Positions 1 to 8,610 of a DNA stretch of 50,276 nt are shown here, one piece after another. The position numbers were made by a program, and so were the translations under genes. Below the pieces are notes generated by a model. It searched no databases, was not told the DNA's origin, and saw nothing but the letters and a program-made list of their open reading frames with translations. Where the stretch lies: assembly GCA_016182915.1 (NCBI GenBank), contig JACPFP010000003.1, positions 456,390-506,665 of the forward strand, written 5' to 3'. Source of the stretch: Candidatus Dojkabacteria bacterium. Its GTDB lineage: Bacteria > Patescibacteriota > Dojkabacteria > SC72. Every line of letters starts with the position of its first letter. The first letter of the stretch is position 1.

Positions 1-88
1 ATGTAACCTTAACTGCGTTTGCAAGCATATCTACACCCGCTTTTAATTTCTTTCTTGCCTCTTCATCGTAAATAATCTGTTTTGCCAT
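1..88 (-). CDS. groEL: Chaperonin GroEL, 5' end only (runs off the window)
   Basis: Manual translation from ATG at 88 gives [29 protein letters not shown], the GroEL N-terminus; directly downstream of groES. Confidence 0.95.
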   Translation of the reverse strand, partial: MAKQIIYDEEARKKLKAGVDMLANAVKVT

Positions 89-115
89 TACTGTATTTAG
101 TTAAAACTTATATAT

Positions 116-409
116 CTATTTAGCAACTGCGAGAATATCTTCTTCTTCAATGATGAGATATTTTTTTCCATCTACCTCTACCTCTTCAGGTGAGTATTTT
201 TTAAAATATACCTTATCACCAACGGAGACGGAGAACTTGAAATCTGCATCTGTGCTAACTCCCAATGCAACTACAACACCTGTTGCAGGCTTCTTATCTT
301 CATTTGCACTTGCAGGGACGTATAGACCACCCTTTGTCTTCTCTTCAACTTCTGTTGGAGTTAAAAGAACTCGCTCACCTATTGGCTGTAATGGAACTTT
401 GTTTGCCAT
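116..409 (-). CDS. groES: Co-chaperonin GroES
   Basis: 97 aa with LQPIGERVL, EEKTKGGLYVP, VSVGDKV and EEDILAV motifs; upstream of groEL. Confidence 0.97.
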   Translation of the reverse strand: MANKVPLQPIGERVLLTPTEVEEKTKGGLYVPASANEDKKPATGVVVALGVSTDADFKFSVSVGDKVYFKKYSPEEVEVDGKKYLIIEEEDILAVAK

Positions 410-435
410 ATTAACGTTATATTATAATTTAGCTA

Positions 436-462
436 TTAGCAATCTTTAAAAGTGACTGCTAG
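436..462 (-). promoter_or_regulatory. CIRCE operator (HrcA binding site) of groESL
   Basis: + strand TTAGCAATC-N9-GACTGCTAG versus consensus TTAGCACTC-N9-GAGTGCTAA; lies between the promoter and groES; hrcA is in the window. Confidence 0.9.
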
Positions 463-491
463 ATTTTAGAAAGGAAGATTGAAATTGTCAA
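463..491 (-). promoter_or_regulatory. Sigma70 promoter of groESL
   Basis: Minus strand TTGACA (491-486), 17 nt spacer, TAAAAT (468-463), immediately followed by CIRCE. Confidence 0.85.
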
Positions 492-1296
492 GTGAGTGTG
501 AGCCTTCTTCAAAATACTCCGCCTCATCGAAAGAAAAGAAGGAAAGATTCTCAGCATATTTAAAATAAAGGATGGGGAAACTAAGGAAAGGAACGACCCC
601 ATATTTATAGGTAAGCCTAGGAATATCTAAAAGAGGATATCTCCACCCCTCCCTCTTTGAAACCGCATCATGTCTGTGTCTGAAAACTGAGAAGTTAGCA
701 TTAGTTAAAAGAATTTTATATCGACCTTTTAGTGCTGTTATAAGGAAATCAAGATCCATACTTATCTTTAGATTTTCATCGTACATTCCAATTTTATCGA
801 AAATATCCCTACTGAAGAATGTATTCTGATGGCTTATTGGCATACGATACGTTAGAGCAAGAATATAGCTGGCGATGGCATGTTTCGTAAAACGAGGGCG
901 GGTAAAAACTGTTTTATATTGTTTTACAGTCTCTCCATGCATAATATCAACCTTATTTGAACTGAGTATTTGGAAGGCTTTTTCAAGGGAGTATCTATCT
1001 GTGAAGTAGTCGTCTGTACCCATGAAAATAAGGTACTCTCCATTTGACTGTCTAATTCCTTCATTGAATGCAGATGATACTCCTCTTGGCTTCTGAGAGA
1101 CTACTTTTACATCTATATTTACTAACCTACTTCTAAATTCACTTATCATCTCCAGCGTCCTATCCTTAGACTCTCCATCAACGAAGATTACCTCAAAATC
1201 TGTATACGTCTGCTTCTCAATAGAGGCGAGAAGCTCTCCTATATATTTCTCATTATTTAGAGTTGGAACGATAATGGTTAGATACGGTTTCTTCAT
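466..1296 (-). CDS. Glycosyltransferase family 2 (GT-A, WcaE/WfgS-like)
   Basis: LTIIVPTLN, IFVDGESKDRT, AFNEGI, FMGTDD, SHQNTFF and ISMDLDF motifs. Confidence 0.9.
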   Translation of the reverse strand: MKKPYLTIIVPTLNNEKYIGELLASIEKQTYTDFEVIFVDGESKDRTLEMISEFRSRLVNIDVKVVSQKPRGVSSAFNEGIRQSNGEYLIFMGTDDYFTDRYSLEKAFQILSSNKVDIMHGETVKQYKTVFTRPRFTKHAIASYILALTYRMPISHQNTFFSRDIFDKIGMYDENLKISMDLDFLITALKGRYKILLTNANFSVFRHRHDAVSKREGWRYPLLDIPRLTYKYGVVPFLSFPILYFKYAENLSFFSFDEAEYFEEGSHSLDNFNLPF

Positions 1297-1297
1297 A

Positions 1298-1957
1298 CTA
1301 CTTCTCCCCCTTTATAACAATATTTTCTTCATCAAGCTCGATATTTCTGATAGTACGTCCTGTAAAGTCTTTCTGAGTAATAAGTATCATAGCCTCTTTA
1401 ATACCCTCGTTTATATTTACAACAATATTCTCTCCACCCCAATCCTTGACCGAAAGGTTACCAACTTTAAAGTCGGTAATATAGAGATCAGTACTCTCTA
1501 CCTGATCTTTATTCAGATCAAAGTATAGCCAGAAGTCTCCAAACCCTTTTACATTAACCTTGTAATATATCTTCCAGAAACCCTGAGCAGGTTCAACATA
1601 CATCTTCTTTATAGAGAGTCTTGAAGGGAGATTTTCATTGATTTTAGTAGCGAGAAGGTTAACAAAGTGAACATGATTGATCTCAACGAAATCCACCTCC
1701 TTCGTACTAGCTTTGAAACTCTCTATTTTCTTTTCTACTTCTTTATTAGTACTCTTCTGCACATTTAGATAGTCCACAGAGAGGTGGGAGTTTTCAAACT
1801 CAGTTTCCCAGGAGAGATAATTAGAACGAAGGACAAGGAAGACAAGTCCAACAAAGAGTATAAGAGCAATGAGAAGGGAGACTGGAAGGGCAACAAGAAA
1901 GAAGCTCAGGCCTAAGCTTTTTCTCTTTCCCCTGCTTGTACTACTTCTTTTCTTCAT
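1298..1957 (-). CDS. Hypothetical membrane-anchored protein
   Basis: Basic N-terminus, one hydrophobic helix (about aa 16-43), then a soluble domain; overlaps the murJ stop. Confidence 0.75.
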   Translation of the reverse strand: MKKRSSTSRGKRKSLGLSFFLVALPVSLLIALILFVGLVFLVLRSNYLSWETEFENSHLSVDYLNVQKSTNKEVEKKIESFKASTKEVDFVEINHVHFVNLLATKINENLPSRLSIKKMYVEPAQGFWKIYYKVNVKGFGDFWLYFDLNKDQVESTDLYITDFKVGNLSVKDWGGENIVVNINEGIKEAMILITQKDFTGRTIRNIELDEENIVIKGEK

Positions 1958-3782
1958 TTCTTTTAGCTCTTATAACTGACTTTAGAGTATCAAGAAGTGG
2001 GGAGACAACTGATACAACCTTCTTTGAGACAGATTCAAATTCATGAACCTTCATTACTTTAGACCCTACAACATATACAAGAAGACCGTAGAGGGAGGTT
2101 ATGACTGTTACTCCTATAACTGAAACGGTCCTTGTTGTATCAAGGTTGAAGTCTGAAAGCTTAAAGACATAGTACATACTGATTGTCATAATTAAGGTAT
2201 TGGCAAGAATCTTCAAAAGTGGTTTGTATGTATACTTCCAACTGAAAATTCTAATCTTTCTCTGAAGTAACCAGCCTGCTACAAACATCTCAGCAACAAA
2301 GGAGATACTTAAACCAAGGGCAAGTCCTCCAACAGCCGCATCAGAGAGATTACGGGTTTGCATCCATCTAAAGGTATCTTGGATAAATGACATAATTACC
2401 TGGAAAAGAGTTTGGGCGTCAATATAACTTAGCTGTGATGCTATCTGGGCAAGTATAGGTCTCCAATCCCAATAGTGACTGAAGAAGTTGGTGAGGTAGT
2501 ATCCACAAAGTATATTTACAATTATAGAAACAAAGGTTGCAATAAGAGGAAGTTTTGTTTCGTGAATAGCATAGAAAGCTCTTAGGATGATAGAAACGGC
2601 GGACTGTGCCACGATTGAGATTGCGAGAAGAGCAAGACACCAAGAGGTAATTACAGTTGCCCACCAGTCGAACTGACCGACCCCATACGCTAAACGAACA
2701 AGCGGTAATCTCAAAACAAGAATGATAGCGGCAATCGGCAAGATGATAAAGAGGGTTTGCCTTAAAGCACGATTGAAAGTTCTCATGAACTTATCCTTCT
2801 TACCCTTTGCATACTCCTCTGAAAGTTTTGGTAAAACTACCTGTGATATTGCTCCTGTAAATATCTGTATAGGAAAAAGATGCAAGCTTAAAGCAAATTT
2901 ATATGCACTCAGAGCCCCTGCAGAAAGTGTAAAACTAATCACGGTATTAACAATAACATTGACCTGTTCTCCAAGTAATCCAATTATCCTTGGAAGGGCA
3001 AGCTTGAATACGCTAACAATCTCTTTAGACCAGAGATGTGAAATTAGTCTATGTAGCTTGCTTCCCAGGCTCTCAGGAACAGACTTATATATATGAAGGA
3101 ATTCAGGAATTTGTATAAGGAGATGGAATAGAGAGGCAAGTACAACAGACCAGGCAATACCATAAATTCCAAGGTTAGAGTACTTAACAAGTATGAGAGA
3201 ACCAAGAATCATTCCAAGGTTGTAAAGAAGTGGGGCAAGGGTTGCAGTGAAGAATCTCTTATGAGCCTGCAAATAGGCACCAATTAAGCTGCTAACTCCC
3301 AACAGGATTGGAGATACAAGCATTATTCTCATAATGTTTGAAAATAGATCTACATTTTCAAGACTAACTGATGCTGCAGTTCCAAGATATTGATGTAGAT
3401 TATCTGCATTAATAAGCCACTCACCTATCTCCCTTGAAAATACAAAGAGGATTATAGAAGCAATAATAAAGAATGATGTATATACAATAGTCAATCTCTT
3501 AAAGATATCTTTTAATTTTGTTTCATCTGTGTGAAGGAAATTTGTGAAAACAGGGATTATAGCTGCGTTTATAGCTCCAGCGACAAGAACATTGAAGATA
3601 GTATCAGGAATTGTAAATGCTGCCCAGAAAATATCCAGTTCTCTAGATGTACCGAACAGCTGAGCAATAATACGAACTTTAATAAACCCTAAGGCTTTAA
3701 TAAACAGAAGAAGGAGTGTGATAGCGCCGACGGAGTTAACAAGATAATAGATTTTTTTGAAAAAGCTCTTAATTACGTTCAT
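1941..3782 (-). CDS. murJ: Lipid II flippase MurJ (MviN)
   Basis: LGFIKVRIIAQLFG, AAFTIPD, GAINAAIIPVF and RAFYAIHETKLP motifs; many TM helices. Confidence 0.92.
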   Translation of the reverse strand: MNVIKSFFKKIYYLVNSVGAITLLLLFIKALGFIKVRIIAQLFGTSRELDIFWAAFTIPDTIFNVLVAGAINAAIIPVFTNFLHTDETKLKDIFKRLTIVYTSFFIIASIILFVFSREIGEWLINADNLHQYLGTAASVSLENVDLFSNIMRIMLVSPILLGVSSLIGAYLQAHKRFFTATLAPLLYNLGMILGSLILVKYSNLGIYGIAWSVVLASLFHLLIQIPEFLHIYKSVPESLGSKLHRLISHLWSKEIVSVFKLALPRIIGLLGEQVNVIVNTVISFTLSAGALSAYKFALSLHLFPIQIFTGAISQVVLPKLSEEYAKGKKDKFMRTFNRALRQTLFIILPIAAIILVLRLPLVRLAYGVGQFDWWATVITSWCLALLAISIVAQSAVSIILRAFYAIHETKLPLIATFVSIIVNILCGYYLTNFFSHYWDWRPILAQIASQLSYIDAQTLFQVIMSFIQDTFRWMQTRNLSDAAVGGLALGLSISFVAEMFVAGWLLQRKIRIFSWKYTYKPLLKILANTLIMTISMYYVFKLSDFNLDTTRTVSVIGVTVITSLYGLLVYVVGSKVMKVHEFESVSKKVVSVVSPLLDTLKSVIRAKRNEEKK

Positions 3783-3863
3783 TATTTATGAAGAATACCA
3801 TAGGAACTAATCATACACAAAGCTATTTAATATACATTTAATCTTTTCCTGAGACAATAGGAT

Positions 3864-4610
3864 ATGGGGAATAATTTTCTTTCAATAAGGTTCTGTATAG
3901 GATGTCTTAAGCATGGCTCCTGGGTATGCAACCAGTGTAGAAACAACTTTATAAAACAGATTCCACACTGCTTTGTCTGCGGGAAGATAGCTAAAAGCTA
4001 TAGTACACACGAGAAATGCCTTCGTTTATCAAATGGGATTCACTCTCTCTTTGTGTGTTTTCAGTATAACAAGACAACGAGAAAGTATTTAAAATATATC
4101 AAGTTTAAATCTTCTTATGCCCTTCTTGAAGAGATTCTTGAGATTATCAAGAGAGAGATAACTGAGTATGTGAGAATTTCAGGTATAAGCTACGTAGATA
4201 CAATACTAGTTCCAGTACCTCTACACCGCAAAAGATTGAGGGAGAGAGGGTTTAATCAGAGTGAGATACTCGCCAGAAAACTATCGGCACTACTAAATAT
4301 AAAGGTCGGGAACGGCATACTAGAGAAGGTTATAAATACAAAACCACAGACAAAAGTAACACATGAGACGAGGCAGAGGAATGTAAACAACGCCTTCTCA
4401 TTCATAGCAGAGAGGGAGATAATGAGCTGTATAAAACATATAATCCTCATTGATGACGTAACGACAACAGGATCTACCCTTAAAGAGTGTGCAAAGGTTA
4501 TAAAAGCAGCGTATCCAGAGATTACTCTCTATGGTCTTGTACTATTTAAGCCCAAGCCTAAGTTTAGTGTAAACATACTCGTTCCAGAGGGCGATAGGGA
4601 TAAAATCTAA
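3864..4610 (+). CDS. comF: ComF family protein (Zn finger plus PRTase domain)
   Basis: N-terminal CxxC motifs, VPVPLH..R.RERGFNQSE, PRPP-binding loop LIDDVTTTGSTL. Confidence 0.92.
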   Translation: MGNNFLSIRFCIGCLKHGSWVCNQCRNNFIKQIPHCFVCGKIAKSYSTHEKCLRLSNGIHSLFVCFQYNKTTRKYLKYIKFKSSYALLEEILEIIKREITEYVRISGISYVDTILVPVPLHRKRLRERGFNQSEILARKLSALLNIKVGNGILEKVINTKPQTKVTHETRQRNVNNAFSFIAEREIMSCIKHIILIDDVTTTGSTLKECAKVIKAAYPEITLYGLVLFKPKPKFSVNILVPEGDRDKI

Positions 4611-4955
4611 ACCTAATTCCTTACAAGCAACTCCCTCCTTTGAGACATTATCTCCAATTACCAAAATCTCCTCCTTATTCAGCTTGTAAGTTTCAATAAC
4701 TTCCTTAAAAAGCTCTACCTTATCCCCTTTCTTTATAACAATCCCTTCAAAATACTGAGATAGTCCGAATCTCCTTATGAGCTCTGTTCTTTTTTGGGGA
4801 GTATTTGCATAGCTGATTATGAAGTTTTTAGAATCTTTTCCGTAAGTTTCAAAATACTCATTGACCCAACCAAAGAGTCTGTTGTCCTTCCTTGAGTACA
4901 AGGTCCAAAGCCAATCCCATATGATTACTTTATATTCTCTGCCTCTATATTCCAT
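4542..4955 (-). CDS. Minimal HAD-superfamily hydrolase-like protein
   Basis: KVIIWDWLWTL (motif I-like), FIISY (II), K (III), LVIGD (IV); capless size. Confidence 0.75.
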   Translation of the reverse strand: MEYRGREYKVIIWDWLWTLYSRKDNRLFGWVNEYFETYGKDSKNFIISYANTPQKRTELIRRFGLSQYFEGIVIKKGDKVELFKEVIETYKLNKEEILVIGDNVSKEGVACKELGLDFIPIALWNEYVYTKLRLGLK

Positions 4956-5013
4956 TTAAATTATAGCAATAGTTTATGTTATACTTTAAGGTTTTAATTC
5001 TCAGTAGTTACCT

Positions 5014-5580
5014 ATGATTTTGTCAGATAAATCCATTAAAAACAAGTTAAAGAGCGGAGCGATAACAATAGAACCGTTCGTACTGGAGAATCTTCAGCCT
5101 ACTTCCTATGATTTACATCTTGGTAATGAGTTTATGAGGTTCAATACCAAGAAGCATAAGATGATTGATGTTAAAAAGCCCGTATCTGATCTCATGGAGA
5201 AGATACATCTGGATAAGGATGACGATAGTTATATTCTTCAGCCTGGCGACTTTGTACTAACCCATACAGTGGAGTATGTAGGCGTTGACGATTGTCATGT
5301 AGGAAGGCTGGAAGGAAAAAGCTCACTTGCTCGTCTTGGGCTGATTATTCATACTACAGCAGGGTTTTTAGACCCAGGTAATTGCCTGCGTATGACATTG
5401 GAAATTGTAAATCTCTCCCCCCTACCAATTAAGTTATATTCAGGGATGAAAATCGCTCAGATGGCTTTTGAGGAGGTAGATGAGAAAGTTGAGAAATCAT
5501 ATGGACATAAGTCACTAAATAGTAAATACTATAGAGATAGTACTGTAGCAGAGAGCAAGTATTATAAGAACTTTAAATAA
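5014..5580 (+). CDS. dcd: dCTP deaminase
   Basis: MILSD, QPTSYDLHL, EGKSSLARLGL, AGFLDPG, TLEI and KIAQM motifs. Confidence 0.95.
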   Translation: MILSDKSIKNKLKSGAITIEPFVLENLQPTSYDLHLGNEFMRFNTKKHKMIDVKKPVSDLMEKIHLDKDDDSYILQPGDFVLTHTVEYVGVDDCHVGRLEGKSSLARLGLIIHTTAGFLDPGNCLRMTLEIVNLSPLPIKLYSGMKIAQMAFEEVDEKVEKSYGHKSLNSKYYRDSTVAESKYYKNFK

Positions 5581-5597
5581 AATATAACTCATTGACT

Positions 5598-6221
5598 ATG
5601 AATCTACATCCTAGAAACTTTTATAATCCAATTCGTCAAAAGCAAAGAAGGTATGACAAGATAGTTAAACTCCTTAATTTAAAACCTACGGACAGAGTTC
5701 TTAATGTTGGGTGTGGAGAAGGTCTAACCTTTGAGTATTTTAATAAGGAGAATCCAATAACTGGTGTAGATCTTTTTAAAGAGAGTAAAATCAACAGGCC
5801 AAACTTCATATATCTTCAAATAAAAGGAGACGGAACTCTTCCATTCAAGGATGAGGAGTTTGACGCAGTTGTATGTATTGGGGTTTTAGAGCATGTAAAG
5901 CCATACGAGGCGCTTCAAAAGACATGCAAAGAAATACAGAGAGTTGGAAAGAAATTCTTAATCCTTGTTCCTGATTATAATACTATAATAGAGCCCCACT
6001 ATGCATTTCCATTCTTCCAACATCTTCCGATATCTGTGCAAAAATGGTTACACAGTATTTTAAATCTGAGGCTTGAACTAGATGAGAGAAAAGAAAATCC
6101 CTACGAGGAGATAAACTACTTTCCAACAAAGAAATGGTTATCACTTTTTAATGGGGCGAAAGCTACTATTCACAGACATATAGGAATATTTATAACCAAT
6201 CTCATTATCTGGAAAAGCTAG
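5598..6221 (+). CDS. Class I SAM-dependent methyltransferase (type 11)
   Basis: VLNVGCGEG, LPFKDEEFD, VLEHV and IEPHY..PF motifs; ATG at 5598 preferred over TTG at 5592. Confidence 0.88.
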   Translation: MNLHPRNFYNPIRQKQRRYDKIVKLLNLKPTDRVLNVGCGEGLTFEYFNKENPITGVDLFKESKINRPNFIYLQIKGDGTLPFKDEEFDAVVCIGVLEHVKPYEALQKTCKEIQRVGKKFLILVPDYNTIIEPHYAFPFFQHLPISVQKWLHSILNLRLELDERKENPYEEINYFPTKKWLSLFNGAKATIHRHIGIFITNLIIWKS

Positions 6222-8503
6222 TTTTGATTTTCGAGTCCAGTACTATTGTTAAGATTCGTTTCCGTAGTTTTGGTATCACCATTACTCGTCTCATCCTCTT
6301 TCTTTGGTAGATTTGGCGATATTTCAGTAAGCCTCTTCACTACATATTTGTATAATTCTGTATCTGTGCTTCCATATTTGTCCATCACTTCTTTGGCTTT
6401 CGCAAAATATCTATCTGCTTGTTTGTAATCTTTATCATTCAAAGATAACTCACCTGCAAGAACGTTAGACGGAATGTGCTCTGGGTTAATTGTGAACACC
6501 TGAGTCAATGTCCTTATAGCGGAATCATTATCGTTATTTACGACGTAAAGCTGAGCCGCATTATAGTATAGCTCGTAATTTAAAGGATTTAACGAAGCGG
6601 CTGTCTGCATAGAACTTAAGGCTGACTTACTGTACACTTTGAATCCAATTCCAACTATATTTGAGTACACATTTGCTCTTGTTCCCCAGTTCGCGTATAC
6701 CTGTGGAGCCCTGTCTGTCGCTATTTTAGATTCTTCTACTGCTATATCTGCATAGGCGGTAATATCGTCAAAGAGTTCTTTCTTTTCGCTTTCTATATCT
6801 GTTTTATTGTATTTATCGACAAGAAGCTGTACATACTGCCCTACAATTAAACTCGCTCTTCTGTGGTACATGTCGTTCAAAGGGGCTTTGTTTATTGCCT
6901 TTCCATAGAGGTTGGAGGCCTTTACAATTCTCCTCGCTCTATCTTCTTCGCTTAATTTCCCCCTGTCGCTCAACTCCCTACCCTCAGCCGTTATCCTCTC
7001 CGCTTCCAATACATCAAAGCCAGCAAGGGTATAATTAACGGTTTGTGAATATAACCATATTGTAGGGAGAAGAACAAATACTCCTGCAAAAAGGAGATTT
7101 CTATTTAAACTCTCATTCTCTCTCTGAATTGAAAATCCTAGACTGAGTACAAATGTTTCATCTTTCTCATCCTTTTTCATATGCCTAAGAACCACCCCAA
7201 GAGTTATGAAGAGGAATAGCAGAAGGAATATAAGGAAGGAGAAATATATAAATACAGAAGAAACTAAGAGAAAGAGAGATAGAACATCTAACATTAGTAG
7301 AAGGAAATCCTCAGTCTCTGTGAAAGCTCTCTTCTTAACATCTGTTATGAGTTGCATAAACACAAGGTAGAAGAGATAGATCCACACCAAGACACCGAGG
7401 ACCCCGAGGGATATAAAAATATTAAGGAATTGATTATTGGGGTAGGTAAAATTAGTATTATTAAGGACTAAAATTTCTTCCGTTAAGGGTCTATAAAGAT
7501 TATATGCAATGGAGAAGGTATCTGGTCCATATCCTGCAACACCATTCCAGAACGACTCACTTATTGTATTTGTGGCTATTTTCCAACCTGTCTCAGGTGA
7601 AATAGTAACCTGAGTAATCAAGTTACTTGAATCCTTTACAACTAAATCTTTAAACTGAGGTATTTTAAGGAGGACAATCCCCGAGAGAACAATTAGAAAT
7701 GTGAAAACGGAGACATTAACAAATACTTTACTTAATGGTCTTTTTCTAAAAAAAGGTATTAAAAGGAAGCATGCAAACATAACAAGAAGAAGGATTACCT
7801 GCTCAGAACCCTGTACTAGAGAATACAAAAGAAATGCAAGAAGGTTAGTAAGGAACATTAGTATCCCTGTTATAACAAGGCCTAAATTATATTTTTTGAA
7901 AGCGTAGAAAAGAAGCCCTGAAGATAGGATTACTGCACTTCCAAAGATAATAATAGATATTCTTGCAGAACTAAATAATGGAAGGCCAACGGTGAAGAGG
8001 TCTTTGAACGAAGGTATGAACTGTAAAAGGTTCATTCCCCAGAAAGAGAGGATACTGAATATGGCAGCAAGTGTAACCCCAATAAGTAGATATATGAACG
8101 AGTATATAACCCCTTCTATCCCCCTCACAAAATTACGGGCAGAGTATGTAAATATAAGCAGGGTACAAAGTCCAACGAGTCCACCTCCAAGTCTGGAATC
8201 AAATCCTAAAAAGCTTGTTATAGGGGATTTTGAGAGAATAGTTGAGAGACAAAAAAGAACAAAGAGAAGAAGGATGGCGGTATCAATCTTATTCTTTGGA
8301 TATATGAGAGAACCGTTAATAAAGGTCTTGGATATTTCTAAAGCAAGGATTGGAATAGTAAACAGAGCAAGGGAAAGAGTCATAGAGTATTCTGTCAAAT
8401 CCCAAGGCAATGGGAGAATACTGAGGGGAACGACTATTAAGGCTAAAAGATAAAGGATTCTTTGAGCAGTTTCAAGGCTGTTATTTAAGCTTCTATTCGA
8501 CAT
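6218..8503 (-). CDS. O-antigen ligase/Wzy_C-like polytopic membrane protein with C-terminal TPR repeats
   Basis: About 12-13 TM helices, GYGPDTF loop motif, C-terminal TPR-like repeats (LNPLNYELYYNAAQLY, INPEHIPS). Confidence 0.75.
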   Translation of the reverse strand: MSNRSLNNSLETAQRILYLLALIVVPLSILPLPWDLTEYSMTLSLALFTIPILALEISKTFINGSLIYPKNKIDTAILLLFVLFCLSTILSKSPITSFLGFDSRLGGGLVGLCTLLIFTYSARNFVRGIEGVIYSFIYLLIGVTLAAIFSILSFWGMNLLQFIPSFKDLFTVGLPLFSSARISIIIFGSAVILSSGLLFYAFKKYNLGLVITGILMFLTNLLAFLLYSLVQGSEQVILLLVMFACFLLIPFFRKRPLSKVFVNVSVFTFLIVLSGIVLLKIPQFKDLVVKDSSNLITQVTISPETGWKIATNTISESFWNGVAGYGPDTFSIAYNLYRPLTEEILVLNNTNFTYPNNQFLNIFISLGVLGVLVWIYLFYLVFMQLITDVKKRAFTETEDFLLLMLDVLSLFLLVSSVFIYFSFLIFLLLFLFITLGVVLRHMKKDEKDETFVLSLGFSIQRENESLNRNLLFAGVFVLLPTIWLYSQTVNYTLAGFDVLEAERITAEGRELSDRGKLSEEDRARRIVKASNLYGKAINKAPLNDMYHRRASLIVGQYVQLLVDKYNKTDIESEKKELFDDITAYADIAVEESKIATDRAPQVYANWGTRANVYSNIVGIGFKVYSKSALSSMQTAASLNPLNYELYYNAAQLYVVNNDNDSAIRTLTQVFTINPEHIPSNVLAGELSLNDKDYKQADRYFAKAKEVMDKYGSTDTELYKYVVKRLTEISPNLPKKEDETSNGDTKTTETNLNNSTGLENQN

Positions 8504-8562
8504 TTTCCATGGGCAGTAACATAAAATGACATACTCATTGATAGTAACATAAAAGCATCATA

Positions 8563-8594
8563 TGTACAAAAGGGAGCTAACTCCCTTTTGTACA
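8563..8594 (-). terminator. Intrinsic terminator downstream of dnaK
   Basis: Perfect 14-bp inverted repeat TGTACAAAAGGGAG-ctaa-CTCCCTTTTGTACA, 16 nt past the dnaK stop. Confidence 0.85.
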
Positions 8595-8610
8595 GTAATG
8601 ACCTATTGAA

